Shown here: one piece after another, positions 13,055-28,075 of the stretch
Layout: each line of letters opens with the position of its first letter
Position numbering within the stretch: position 1 is the stretch's first letter
Assembly (NCBI GenBank): GCA_964016885.1
Contig: OZ024741.1
Coordinates: 322,214,001 to 322,278,000 of the forward strand
DNA from: Eledone cirrhosa
Lineage: Eukaryota
Direction: 5' to 3'
Length of the DNA: 64,000 nucleotides
Position numbers and translations under genes: made by a program
Notes under the pieces: model-generated
What the model was told of the DNA's origin: nothing
Databases searched by the model: none
What the model saw: the letters and a program-made list of their open reading frames with translations, nothing else

Positions 13055-13950
13055 ACTAGAAATAGATTGACATATATATATATATATATATATAAAATAA
13101 ACATATGGAACAATCACAGGGGATAATTTGTAAAGTATGTAAGCACACATAGCTAGGTAGGTAACCAATTAAAGTTTAACTAGAACTTCAAATATAGATA
13201 CCTAGAAATAGCAGCCGAGTCCATTCAACTGAGTTACTCTACAATTAAGGGGGCGTATATATATCCAAAATTAAATTAAGGGTTGTCATGTCTGAGAGAC
13301 ATGCGCCATATCCACTGCAGAATAAGCTCAAAGATTCCAATGAATAGATCCGAGCATTTCATATCAACTAGAAATGTCTCTCAGACATGACAACCCTTAA
13401 TTTAATTTTGGATATATATATACGGCCCCTTTATTGTAGAACTAACTCAGTTGAATGGACTCGGCTGCTATTTCTAGCTGCCGATAATCCTATTCACGCC
13501 ACTGGGATGACGCTGTGCGATGTGTGTATTTTTAAAAAATGCAGCACGTGGTTCGAGTCATTCACAGATTTGCATTTGCTTTGTAAACGCAGATAGTTAT
13601 TTCTTCTCCTTTGGTGACCAGGATTTGACTACTGTGATTTACTGATTAATTGGTGAAATATATTTTTTATTTAAAGAAATATATACAAAGGAGATTAATA
13701 ATTTTAAAAGGCATCTATATTTGAAGTTCTAGTTATACTTTAATTGGTTACCTACCTAGCTATGTGTGCTTACATACTTTACAAATTATCCCCTGTGATT
13801 GTTCCATATGTTTATTTTATATATATATATATGTCAATCTAATTCTAGTTGATATGAAATGCTCGGATCTATTCATTGGAATTTTTGAGATTATTCTGCA
13901 GTGGATATGGCGCAAGTCTCTCAGACATGACGACCCTTAATTTAATTTTG
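13051..13950. mobile_element. Multiply inverted short element between (TA)n tracts (PLE-like)
   Basis: 13051-13199 is rc of about 13713-13853; 13202-13301 is rc of 13374-13477; 13274-13372 is rc of about 13843-13950; contains CTAGAAATAGCAGCC. Confidence 0.6.
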
Positions 13951-14034
<84 letters not shown>

Positions 14035-14039
14035 TATAT

Positions 14040-15350
<1,311 letters not shown>

Positions 15351-16075
15351 ATATATAAAATAGTAAAAAAGAAAAAAAAAACAGTTGAAAATGTTAAAGG
15401 GATTTTTTCTCAGAATACATACACACTAATATATAAAGCTAACATTCACACAATCACCGAAAGCTCACATACACACACGCATTCAAATACACCAAGTTTA
15501 CATACACACAAATACATAAAGTTTACATAGACACAAATACATAACGCTTACATTCACACAATCACGCAAAGCGTACATCCACACATACTTATTTAATAGA
15601 AATGGTGCATGAGCTTGTTTGAATATGTAGATTGTAAGTTTGCATCTGTCTGTATATCCGAAAGAATGTAAGATTGTGTGTACATCTATACATAATACAT
15701 AAGGAGAGAAATTTGCTTGCCATATATACAATGTGATTCGTGTTATATACACAGCATAGCCATATAGACATGTGTGTGTACGTGTGTGTGTAAATATTTA
15801 TAACTGTAAAACACACATATACGTGTGTATATATTGCCTGCCAATATACACGTACTATGTAATATAGTTAGTATTCTGAATATAAAATACAGAACACCTA
15901 TCAGAAATATAAACATAGCAATCGACAAACAAATATAACAACATTGCATGATCGTCACGTGATATGTCGTCTGTTCCTTCCAATTCGTCACTGTGTCCTC
16001 TGTTTATATGATACAGCGGTAAGGTTTCACATGTTTCATATAATGTGGTTTTCAACTCATTACATTACATATATG

Positions 16076-16320
16076 AAAGCGTGCAGCCTGGCCTTGTGCT
16101 TGAAGGTGTAGGGCTCACGATCCTAATGTCGTGTGTTCGATTCCTGGATTGGGAGATGCGTTGTGTTCTCGAGTAAAACACTTTATTTCATTTTGCTCCA
16201 GTCCATTCAACTGAAAATGAGTCGACAGGGCTAGGCGTAACTCTATGATGGACTGTCGTCATATCCAGGAGTAGAGTTTGTACTCTCAGTCACTTAACAT
16301 CAATGAAACCGAAATAAGCT
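16076..16320 (+). mobile_element. tRNA-derived SINE family S2 (diverged)
   Basis: tRNA-like head with GTTCGATTCC; body similar to 21078-21360. Confidence 0.7.
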
Positions 16321-16455
16321 CCTCTCTGTTGAACCTCCGTGCTCTCTCTCCCCTCTCTCTCTATATATATATGTATAAGAGGACCCCGACGGCTGAGCTC
16401 CGGCCGTTTCGACAGCTAGATCTGTCTGTGTATATATATTTATATATATATATAT

Positions 16456-16510
<55 letters not shown>

Positions 16511-16589
16511 CGGCATTAAAATAATTTTGAAATAAACAATGTGTATGATCAAATGTAGCAGTGATTGAAAAATAACGTTCATTTCCGTA

Positions 16590-16639
<50 letters not shown>

Positions 16640-16640
<1 letters not shown>

Positions 16641-16969
16641 AATGATATTGATAAATGGAAACTAAATTTATAAAAACGTATTTATTCTATTATATATATT
16701 TCAAGGGTATCAAAACTTTGGTACGCTCTCGTCAGATAAAATACAAAGTTTGTTTTATAAATAGTGACATAGCCAGGAATCAGACCTTAACGATTCAAGT
16801 TCCGTTTGGATATATATGATAGAAATATATATAATAGAATAAATACGTTTTTATAAATATAGTTTCCATTTATTAATATCATTGATATTAGACTCCAGAA
16901 AATTTGTCGAGTGCTTCGAATCTGTTTTAAATATATTTGTTGAATTACCAACAAATTAAATATCCCTTT

Positions 16970-16970
<1 letters not shown>
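16640..16970. mobile_element. Family A fold-back HHR element
   Basis: HHR core on - strand (TTTC..TCGTCAG, about 16699-16735); inverted arms about 16640-16700 / 16823-16887. Confidence 0.7.
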
Positions 16971-17015
<45 letters not shown>

Positions 17016-17040
17016 GGAAAAAATGAAACGAAATTTCATT

Positions 17041-17103
<63 letters not shown>

Positions 17104-17158
17104 TATTTGGGAAAAGTAAACAAAATAAGAAAAAAAATCTTTACTTATTTACTTTGAT

Positions 17159-17233
17159 GTCCCAACTGCATGCAGTTTCGCTGAGTAACCACAATTCTAT
17201 AGTACTGTGAGAAGACTCAGCTCATCAGGGAAC
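17159..17233 (-). ncRNA. Type-I hammerhead ribozyme motif, canonical core
   Basis: rc: GTTCC-CTGATGA-GCTGAGT..ACTCAGC-GAAA-CTGCATGCAG-TT-GGGAC; all three stems pair. Confidence 0.85.
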
Positions 17234-17390
17234 TTCTCAATCATGAAAGAAAAAATTCTTCCTTGTTACTCGCTACTTGAAATAATTTCGAATCGAAGAA
17301 TTATTATAGTATAAACAGAAATAACAAAGCAAACAACACTGTACACTAAAGAAATATATTAGCTTAACACTTGAAATAACAGGAAAAGAG

Positions 17391-17426
17391 TCTTAACGTT
17401 TCGGAAACTAATCCTTCATCAGAAGA
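17391..17426 (-). ncRNA. Minimal HHR motif (copy at 33736-33771)
   Basis: rc: TCTT-CTGATGA-A-GGA..TCC-GAAACGTT-AAGA. Confidence 0.7.
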
Positions 17427-18160
17427 TAGAATTGAAAATAAAAGATAAAAGAGTGAGATGAGAAGAGGAAGAAACGGAAAAAAAGGAGAACAAACACATA
17501 CATGTGTTTGTGTGTACTTCTTGAAGAGAGGAAACATACTTTGTCAATGCTCACATTACCTACCTACCTACCTACCTACCTACCTACCACCACTACCACC
17601 ACCACGACCACCACCAACACCACCACCACCACCGACACCACCACCACCACCAGCACCACCACCAGCACCACCACAAACAGCTATATCGCCTACACATATA
17701 TACGAAGCAAAGGTGAAAGCAGACGTTACCGAACGGAAAATTTCGAAAACTAGCTTCAAAATATATATTGTAAGGCAGGAAGGAGGGAAGGAATGAGCGA
17801 AGGAAGGGAGGAAAGAAAGAAAGAAGGAAGAAGACAGCCAGTCTGTTGTAACACAGAACAAGCCGAATAATTGTTCTGAGATGAAACCTATCCATTGTCT
17901 GGTGTACTTATAGCGTGGATTCCTTTGTAATGGACAAAGTGTTTCACGAAAACTTATTCTTTTATTGAAAACTTCCAAAGACACAAAAACTTAAGTCAAT
18001 ATTTGCGCTTTCTCTGTATTTAGGTTGTTCTAGTAAAAAAAAGAAAAATAAGTTGGATGGAAATTTATACACGTACACGCACACACATGTATATATGTAC
18101 GAATGTGTATATGTATGTATGTGTGTGTGTGTATGGACATATGGATATATATATATGTAA

Positions 18161-18256
<96 letters not shown>

Positions 18257-18540
18257 TTATACACACACACACACACACATATATATATGTGTGTATACCT
18301 ATCTATCTCCTTATATATAAATACACACATATATGTATGCATATATACCTATAAGCATGTGTGTGTATGTATGTATGAGTATAGAGCTCACTTATCCAAC
18401 TCATTGATTTCTGTCAATTCTGCATTGCGAATTAACAATTATAACAATTTACTAAAGTTTAATGATGTAAAACAGAATAAAATGAGAAAACGAAGGCGTT
18501 ATACACCCACATACATACACGTGTCTGTAAGTGTATGTGG

Positions 18541-18619
<79 letters not shown>

Positions 18620-18845
18620 AATTATATTTGGGAAACGCAAATAAGATAAAGAAGTATTTACCTATTTAATTAGAGCGTCCCTACTGCAGTTTCATTGAGC
18701 TAACTCACCATTTTGTGCTGTATATATCTCGATGCATTTCGGACTTAACTAGTTGAGCCAACTTATACAGCTTCATACGCAAATGAGATTAATCACCTCA
18801 TTTACACAGACGAGAAAACTATGTATTCTCGAATGTGTGGGAGGG

Positions 18846-18889
18846 ATCGTCCTGATGAGAACCAGTTAAGTCCGAAATGCATCGACGAT
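18846..18889 (+). ncRNA. Minimal HHR motif within a fold-back element
   Basis: ATCGTC-CTGATGA-GAAC..GTCC-GAAA-TGCA-TC-GACGAT; inverted partial copy at about 18728-18754. Confidence 0.75.
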
Positions 18890-19098
18890 TGTCCCCCTTG
18901 CGTCTTCTCGACAACACCAGAAGGCGTTAGCCCCGGTCTTTTTGGCATAGCTACGGCTTTCTAAATGTTTACCTGTAAACATACCGTGTTTCTTTAGAAA
19001 TACGAAATTTCTATTCATATCTATATACAGCTATGCCTGAAGCTAAATCCTAATTTTATATATATATTCATTTTATTATGGATAAATAGTGAATCGTA

Positions 19099-19166
19099 TT
19101 ACTCTGGAGTTTCGCCTGTTTATCACAGTGTCATCATTATGATAAACAGGTGAAACTCCAGGGTAA
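19099..19166. repeat. About 27-bp-arm hairpin
   Basis: TTACTCTGGAGTTTCGCCTGTTTATCA / TGATAAACAGGTGAAACTCCAGGGTAA; related sequence at about 30617-30640. Confidence 0.8.
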
Positions 19167-19284
19167 CAAGCCTCTCTTTTTAGCCTTAATAAAATGAATA
19201 TTAAAACTCTATTTCAGTATTGAATACCCTTTTCTCATAGCCTTCAACCACACACTCACACACACACACACACACACACACGCG

Positions 19285-19367
<83 letters not shown>

Positions 19368-19820
19368 TGTCAGTTAATGTGTGAACTTTTTCTAGCGTTA
19401 CTACGTACCACTTTCGTCCTATCGAACTTTAGAATTTCATTTTTATTCTACACGAGACCTGAGCAATGGCTAGCCTCACGTTCTTTGCGAACTAATATCT
19501 TTCTAGAATTTCAACATGCCCCCTGATGATTGGAGCTCTTGGCATCACCATTTCCCAATGTTAGTCAACGCTAAGCGTTGATGATTTTGCTGCATGAAAT
19601 GGTAAACATTTAGTGGTTATGTAAGTGTAATACTTACGCTGTCTCTATATTCTTTTAATCTAATTAGATTGTTCTCTGTAAAATATTAGATATGTAGTTT
19701 CCTATCATATTGGTAGAGTGCAACGCTCTGAGTCTTGGGTTTTTAGCTCTAATTTTCTCATAGAGCCACATGATCGTTATATATTATATATCGATCTCTT
19801 TTACACACACACACACAGAC

Positions 19821-19896
<76 letters not shown>

Positions 19897-20249
19897 CCAT
19901 AATTTTGGTTTATAAAACCAAATATAGATAAAAATTAAGCTCATTGTACTTCAGTTAACAAACGACACTGAGTTGCGTCCCTTGTCATGACAGCATAAAC
20001 GACCACAAGGATATAACTAGTTGAAATGATGTAAGCGGCCCTTAATGGCGCGTGTTAAAAATACACAGCACCAGCTTAAATCTAATCTGGAAAAGACACT
20101 TTGAAAACGGTTAGTACAAAAACAATTGAAATAATCATGATTTGTTTTTGCACCTACCCCTTTAGAATAATGAAAAAAATTCTATAATTCATTTTTATAA
20201 ACTAATTTCTTTTTGTTGTGCATTGGAAACTTGCATGTAAATATCTTGT

Positions 20250-20520
20250 TTCACACACACAGAAACAAGATGGCGTAGGACAGAACAAAGGAGAGGCACA
20301 AAAACAAAGAAAAGAATCCCCAGTCACTGAAGAGGTCACAGAATGTGTGACGAAAGAACTTTGACAATATATAAACAACCATCTGGTTGTGGAACCAACC
20401 AACCAACCGGAAATTTATAAATTCCTAAATTTATAAATTTATTATAATAAATTGAAGTGAAAGCAACCGGTGCGTGTGTTTCTTATTGGCAACATGACCC
20501 TCCCAAAGTATAACAATATA
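20250..20520 (+). mobile_element. Solo pLTR of the 50365-52682 PLE family, with HHR at 20323-20365
   Basis: Near-identical to about 52415-52682; GTCA-CTGAAGA-G-GTCACA/TGTGAC-GAAAGAACTT-TGAC; followed by (TA)n. Confidence 0.85.
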
Positions 20521-20877
20521 TATATATATAAAGAAATTCGTTTATATATATATATATAATAACTTACATTCTACTGACACCACTTTTATCATAGTCGCAA
20601 GACCTTTTGGTATCCGTGTTTTCCCTCTCTTCTATATAGTTGGAGTCGGAAGAATCGTTTATATTCACCTTTATTGCTTATTTTCCGTTCATTTGTTAGT
20701 GGTATGTTGTCTCACGCATCTTTCCGACAGGTTGATATTTTCAAGGCATTGTGCGACTTGAATGTAGTAACAAAATACCACCATATCGAACGAAAGTGCA
20801 TTCTTTAGGAGGCTGACGAAGAAAATAGATGCATTTGTTCGTTTGTCTTTCGTGACCGTTTTTCTGTGCACACACAC

Positions 20878-21039
<162 letters not shown>

Positions 21040-21077
21040 TTCTCAATAAAATTAGCAAACCATACCCGAGGACTGTG

Positions 21078-21360
21078 AAGGCGCATGACTTAGTGGTTAG
21101 AGCAGTAGGCTTGCAATCGAAAGGTTGTGAGTTCAATTCTCGGACCGGGTGATGTGTTGTTTCCTTGAGCAAGATACTTTATATCACGCTGCTCCAGTTT
21201 ACTCAGCTGAAAATGAGTACCAGCAATAGCTGGAGGTTTAACCCTGCGATGGACTGGCGTCCTGTCCAGGGGGGAGTCTTGTACTCTCAGTCGCTTCACG
21301 CCATGAAACCGGGATAAGCACCGGCCAAATGGCCCTTCTGGCTTAAGACACTCGAGGACT
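21078..21360 (+). mobile_element. tRNA-derived SINE family S2
   Basis: A/B-box head (TAGTGGTTAGAGC..GAGTTCAATTC), CCTTGAGCAAG block, AACCCTGCGATGGACTGGCGTCCTGTCCAGGG block. Confidence 0.85.
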
Positions 21361-22459
21361 GGCGTATCACCAAGCGGACTTTCCACCCGTGTATGGTTAA
21401 AATTAAGGACGGTTTCCGAAGGGGATAGGAAAGAAACCATAGTTAAATAAGGTACTCAATACGTTAGTAGAGACGATGTATTTGATATAGAAATTACTTC
21501 TACATGACTAGAACTGTTTGATTCGTGTGAAATCACCAGGAGACTCCTGATGATTTCATATAATGTACATAAATACACATATACACACACTCACACACTT
21601 ATTCACATTTATACATACACATGTGTTTGTATATAGGGGGAGAGATAGGAATAATAGAGGTAAAGTGACGGCGGTGGAGGAGATATATTGATTGAAATAA
21701 ATAAAGAAAAATGACTTAAACAGTTAGAACAGACGTCAGTTGATATAAGAGTGGTGGCGATGGTGATGATGGCCTGTGGTGTGAACAGAGAGATGGTTGG
21801 GTGGTTGGGATGGGTGGGCGGGGTACCCAATACCCATTTCTGCAACTAGGCCTTCGTTTCGTGCTGTGTAGAATAATTTCATCGATATTTCAGTTCGTGC
21901 TGAATTGTTATTTAAACACTAAAAGTTGATGAAGACAAACCTGCAGAGACATTTACTGAAATACTGTCGTTGTTGTTGTTATTGTTATGTTTTCACCTCT
22001 GCCTCTCTATAGGTATACGGCTGTGTGTGTGTATGTGAGAATGTGTGTGTGTATGTGAGTGTCTCTGCGTGTCTGTTTGCCTTTGAGGGAGAGTTTGTGT
22101 GTGGGTGTGTGGTGGGCTTTGAGTGTGCATATCACAGTTGTGTATATATACGTGTATATGTGTGTGTATGTGCGTGTATATGTTAGAGTGTGTTTGGGAA
22201 AAGGCTTGTGCGTGTGCGTCGGTGGGGCTTGAGTATGTATATGTATATACGTGTATGTATGTGCGTGTATATGTGTGAGCGTATGTTTGGGAGAGGGCTT
22301 GTACGTGTAAGCTTCTATGCGTGTGAGCTTGTGTGGGTGTGTGTATGTGAGTGTATATGTGTGAGCTTTTTTTTTGGAGAAGGCTTGTGTGTGTGAGCTT
22401 GTGTATGTGTGGGTGTGGGTGTGTGTGTATGTGGGTGCGGCTTGTGTGCATATGTCACG

Positions 22460-22512
<53 letters not shown>

Positions 22513-23534
22513 ATACATGTGTGTGTGTGTGTGTGCGTGTGTGTGTATGGGTGAGCGTGTGTTTGGGAGAAGGCTTGAGTGTGTGAGCTTAAGTGTGTGT
22601 AGGCTTGTATGTGTTTGAAAAGAGGGGCATGTGTGTTTATGTTCGTGTTTGTATGTATATGTACGTCTGTATATATGAGTGTATATGTGTGGGTCTGTAT
22701 ATGTGTGTGTATATGTATGGTTTTGTATGTACGTGCGTGTGCATGTGTGGGTATGTGTATGAACATGTATGTGTGTGCCATTAAGAGTGCGCTAACATTT
22801 GTGTGGATGGGTATTTGTGCGTGTCTGTATGTATATGTGTGGTTGTGTTTATGTGTGTGGGTGTGTATATGTTTGCGGGTGCAGGTGTATGGGTATATGT
22901 ACGTGTGTATATGTATATGTAAATATACATGCTCGGTGCCTGTGTTATTCTTTATCCTCCTCCTCCCTCTTTTTATACTTATTGTTTCTCATTCCTATTC
23001 CCCCCCCCTCCCCCCTCTCTCTCTCCTTCCTTCTCTCTTTCGTCTTTACTTTCTTTACCTCTCTCATATTCTCACCTTGTGCCTTTCATATTTGTTCTCC
23101 TCCCTTCTTACATCCTACATGTCACACAATCACACACACACGCATATACTCACAAACACGCACACACACACACTCATACACACACACATACATACACATA
23201 CATACACACACGCAGTAGAAATATTTTCTACTTTTCTCCAAATACCTATCTTCTACAATCTCTGCCCCACTCTCTCATTCTCTCTTCTTTATTTTCTCTC
23301 CATCTTAATATGTATATATGAACCGATAACTCCCGAAGGGGTCGCAGGGACGCCGTAGAGTCATACAGCGTTTCTTGAGCATCTCTTTTTAAACCTGGCG
23401 GAGCCTGTCCCCTCTCTAGTTCTGAACACAGTCGATTTCTTCCAGAGAGAGTGATGAAGAGAAGTAAGAAAGAAATATAGAGGATGAAACTACTCCAGTA
23501 CTGGACTGCTACTTTTTTTTATCGACCTCAAAAT

Positions 23535-23850
23535 AATGGTTTCTTATATAGGCACAAGGCCAGCAATTTTGGGGGAGGAGGAAAGTCGATTAAATCGACC
23601 CCAGTGCGTGACTGGTACTTTATTTTATCGAACCCGTAAGGATGAAAGGCAAAGTTAACCTCGGCGGGATTTGAACTCAGATCATAAAGGCCGTAACTCT
23701 ATGCTGCAAAGCATGGCGCCCGACCCTCTACCGATACTGCCAATCCATCGCCTATCGACCTCAAAACAATGAAAAGCAAAGTTGACCTCTGTGGAATTTG
23801 AACTTAGAGTGTGATGTTTGAATGACTCTGCCAAATCGCCGCCAACCCGT
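23535..23850 (-). mobile_element. SINE S1 (near full) plus adjacent partial copy
   Basis: rc of S1 head, core and tail at 23535-23748; second partial copy to about 23850. Confidence 0.85.
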
Positions 23851-24254
23851 CTCAATATAATCCCGTACAAAATATTGCGCCCCTACGCCAACGATGTTTT
23901 AAAGGTTTGCTTTATGAAAATTCTTCCAATACAGATGGGTCAAACATGAAGAAACTCTATAGATTGTTGTTTACCGATCTGGTGGGAAATGTTAATTTTC
24001 TATATTATATTGATCAACACGAACTCAAACAATATTGATGTGTGAAATACAAACTCTTATAATAATACATTAATATTTCCACGAAATTTCAGCAGTAATC
24101 TAATAATTTTTAAACTAAACACAGGGCCAGCAATTTTGTTTTCGTGGTGGCAGTGTTAGTATAAGTCGATAACAGTACTTAACTGGTATCTTATTTTATC
24201 AACACTGAAAGGATGAAAAGCAAAATTGACCTTGGTGATATTTGAACTACGTAC

Positions 24255-24425
24255 AAACCTGCCAACCTCTAAAAACCCAAACAAAAAGTACCATGAAAAA
24301 AAGTACCCCGAAACGAGGAGAAATGAGGCAAAATGGAGAGATTTTACATAATGAAAGCTATACCCATTTTCACAAGAGAAGACATCTCTCCCCCACCCCA
24401 AAGTGGGTGGGAGATCTCGCCGTCA
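24255..24425 (+). mobile_element. Small MITE (hAT-like TIR) inside a SINE
   Basis: Starts CAAACCTGCCAAC; rc of about 25476-25641. Confidence 0.6.
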
Positions 24426-25126
24426 GGCATTTTCCCGATGGGCTAACGATTCTACCAATCCTCTGCTTTCTACTGTAGCATAATGGCTGGATAATCGGTT
24501 AATAGTAAGGTTAGCGGTCCGTATTCAGTCCCTGTTTATACTAGTTTTAGAATTTAAAGAATTTAGTAATATAACAACTTTCTCAATAATAACTTAACAA
24601 AGCTTGGTAATTAAATAAAATAAACTGGTTTGTTTTATAAATCCGGGGTCATTTTCAGGCAGTTTGATATCAAAAGGGTTAATGTTCTCAAGAAATATCT
24701 ACTATAGTGTAATGGTTATGTAAAGAAATATAATCGGATAATCTGTTAATAGCAAGGTTAATGGTTTGAATTTAGTGGCTGGTAGTAGAACTTTCAGATT
24801 TTTAGTCTACGATTCAAGGAATTTAACAATCACAAGTATGGTTAGGATGTGTGGTTAATCAACCACGTGATTCCGGGTTTGATGCCGCAGCGCAACACTT
24901 TGTGCAAGAGTCTTCTATCATAGCCTTGTGATTAACACTTTGTAAGAAGTTGAACTTGGTAGGTGGAGACTCTACATCAACTAATTTAAAAAAGAAATAT
25001 CTCTTGATTTTGAGTAGATTTTTTTTCTCTTTTTTTTTGTCTCAGTCTGGATAATTAAAACCTTTCATAGTCACATTTCTAATGAGATACACTGCCAATG
25101 GGCGTCTTATTAATATTATGTTTAGG

Positions 25127-25350
25127 ACGGTGGATTGGCGGTATCGGTAAAGCATCGGACAACATGCTTTGCGGCATATAGTTACTGTCATTTACGTTCT
25201 TAGTTTACACTCCGCCGAGGTTAAGCCTTGCCTTTCAACCTTACGAATTCGATAAAATAAAGTACCTGTAACGCACTGGGCTCGATTTAATCAACTTTTC
25301 TCCTTCCCTTCAAAGTGGTGGCTTTGTGCTAAAAGTAGAAACAATTATTA
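25127..25350 (+). mobile_element. SINE S1
   Basis: GGTGGATTGGC head through AGTAGAAACAATTATT tail. Confidence 0.8.
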
Positions 25351-25451
25351 TATCAAAAAGGAGGACAGTAGACTGGTAGAGTCGTTAGAGCATCGAACAA
25401 ATCCCTCTGAGGTCAACTTTGACTTTCATCTTGCCGGGATCGATAAAATCA

Positions 25452-25641
25452 CAGAACAGTCAACTCTCCCCGTTGGACGGGGAGATCTCCTACTCACTTT
25501 GGGGTGGGTGAGAGAAGTCTTCTTTTGTGAAAATGGGTATAGCTTTCATATGTAAAATCTTCCCATTTTGCTTCATTTCTCCCCGTTTTGGGGCACTCTC
25601 TTTCATGGTACCATTTGAGTTTTTAGAGGTTGGCAGGTCTG
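25452..25641 (-). mobile_element. ~190-bp MITE (hAT-like TIRs) splitting a SINE S1
   Basis: Imperfect TIRs CAGAACAGTCAAC / GTTGGCAGGTCTG; SINE reads ..CGATAAAAT [insert] AAATAAAGTACC. Confidence 0.65.
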
Positions 25642-26201
25642 AAATAAAGTACCTGTAGTGAACTGGAGTCGATATAATCGGTTTTCCCCATGTCCTCAAA
25701 TTCCTGGCCTAAAGTAGAAACAATTATTTCAAAAAGAATCCTCAAAGGAATTTGAACTAATAACATAGAAGGGTGGAATAAAATACCATACCACATATAT
25801 ATATATATGGTATGGATGTGCGACTGCTGGTCTTTCACAAACAACCTTGCCCGAACTTGTGCCTCGGAGGGAAACTTTCTAGGTACAAATCCCATAGTCA
25901 TTCGTGACCGAAAGGGGTATTTACCTTTTTTTATATACAAGTTGTCCCCCCAAAATGTATACACACTTTGATTAGAATGTTGAGGTGTGTATACTTTTTT
26001 GGACCCCCCCCCCCCCCCCCACACACACATATATTGTATTGCAGTTATCTGCCTTGCTTGTTTTTATATATTTAATGCGTAAAGATAGCATTTTATTCTA
26101 CTAATCTCTTGGATAATGTAAAACTAATCAATGTTTTCAACTCCATATATCCTTGTTATAGCTTTGTCCCATCTATAACATGGTGATTATAGTTCGCCAT
26201 C

Positions 26202-26247
26202 AGCTGCGTGGCACAGAAGAGGTGCGTTGGCTCCATAACCAAGAGGT
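26202..26247 (+). pseudogene. Degenerate 5' two-thirds of initiator tRNA-Met
   Basis: AGCTGCGTGGCACAGAAGAGGTGCGTTGGCTCCATAACCAAGAGGT resembles eukaryotic tRNA-iMet (AGCAGAGTGGCGCAGCGGAAGCGTGCTGGGCCCATAACCCAGAGGT); no T arm. Confidence 0.6.
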
Positions 26248-26444
26248 TATTTTTTCTCAAATTAAATATATTTTTATTGAGAAAGCTTTCAACTGAAAAA
26301 CATAGTTATATTTAATCTGGTAATTATATTATCGATAGCTATTTGTTGAACAGGTATTTCACGCAATATATACATATATTTACATAATTCTGCAGTGTGT
26401 TTGTTAAAATCGTATAAACATGATATTATTTACAGTAACAATAA

Positions 26445-26820
26445 TGATTTCTTATATAGGCACAAGGCCAGTAATTTAGGGGAGGGGGGAGTCGATTAAA
26501 TCGACCCCCGTAAGGATGAAAGTCAAAGTTAACCTCGGTAGGATTTGAACTCAGCCCTCAAAGGGCCGTAACTCTATGCTGCAAAGCATGGCGTCCGACC
26601 CTCTACCTATACTGCCAATCCACAATAATAATAATTGTTTCTATTTTTGGTACAAGGTCAGCAATTACTCAGTACATTACTGGTACTTTATTTTATCGAC
26701 CCCGTAAGGATGAAAGGCAAAGTTAACCTCGGCAGGACTTGAACTCAGTCCGTAAAGGGACGTATCTGTGCTGCAAAGCATGGCGTCCGACCATCTACCG
26801 ATACTGTCAATCGACCGCCC
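26445..26820 (-). mobile_element. Two tandem SINE S1 copies
   Basis: rc of S1 at about 26445-26622 and 26635-26820. Confidence 0.85.
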
Positions 26821-27978
26821 TCAGTAATAATAATGACAACTATAAGGACAGCAATAATAAATAAAAAAGGGAAACAAAAGGAAAGAAAAAATAAGGAAAT
26901 ATAGAGAAAAAAGAAGTGGAGGGGATGGCAAGAGCTCTGGTGTAGTATAAGAGAGAGGAAGGGTGAAGGCCTTTGGGCCTAGGGCAAGAAGGCAGAAGTG
27001 CGCACCATGGACAAGAAAAGCCCACATATTGTCAACTCGTTCAATTTCCCGTAAGCATTACCGCCACAAAAATATTTGTAGCTGAACACGTGATTTGTCT
27101 TTTACTATATATATAGGGTGAAAGCAGCGATTCTTTGCTTAAACTTTAATCTGTTAATCTGTTATTTTAATAAATATTTGCTCTAGGGTTCTTATATATT
27201 TGATATATATTTATCCTTATCGAGCCCTCTTTTGATTTTAGTCTTCAAATTTATTATTATTACTATATATATATATATATATATATAATTTATATATATA
27301 TATATAATTTATACTGCTCAGAAGTGATTCTTAGAGCTGAGATAATTGTAAATGACCCCATTGAGTGTAAACTCTAAGTTATATTATATTACTGCTCCCT
27401 CAGTCGAGCTGAATTTGTAATCCCATATAAACGGCTGTTATTTCTAGCACTATGAGTGTGGGAGGTTAGAGGACTGGAATAAGTCGTGTGCAAAACCTCG
27501 TGTATTTTCGCTACGTTAACCAGACCTTAGATATTTTTCTGAGGTGAAGTTACTTAATTTATCTGGGTACCTATTGATAAACACAGAAAATTAATTAACT
27601 CACTACTAATTAATTATTTCACTATTATGCCATCCTTTGTGAAACATGTTTAAAGTTTGAAGTTCTGACCGATCTGCGGAAAAAGTTTGTATTTTGAAAT
27701 TTAAACGTGTCTAGGAACCAAGGCCTTTTGCCCATATGGGTTTGTGAGTATTGATTTATTATTTTTTAGATCGACACAGGCAAACTATATGTATTTGAAT
27801 TAAGATATTTCATTCTAACTATTTTATTTGTCAATTGCAACTAAAACATGTAAATGTTTATCATATATTAATTTAATTTATATATATATATATATATTAA
27901 TATAGAAGGTGCTATTTATATTTTCTGGTGGTAGGAGAGGGTGGTGATTGGGATGGGTGGAGGTCATTGGTTGTTAAT

Positions 27979-28075
27979 TTAACAAGTAATTTCATGCTTT
28001 CGCAATTTTCAGGTTCATAATGTGTGATGACAGTCAAGTTTGCAATTTTCAACTGTTGAAAATTGCAAACTTGAC
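27979..28075 (-). mobile_element. Decayed copy of the 53041-53139 HHR + hairpin element
   Basis: Same 21-bp-arm hairpin GTCAAGTTTGCAATTTTCAAC/GTTGAAAATTGCAAACTTGAC; HHR core mutated to CTGAAAA. Confidence 0.7.

Noticed and set aside
17458-17984. Pro/Thr/Gly-rich ORFs
   Set aside because: (CCA)n and (CCTA)n simple repeats
19523-19610. CTGATGA followed by hairpins
   Set aside because: No correctly placed GAAA or stem I pairing found
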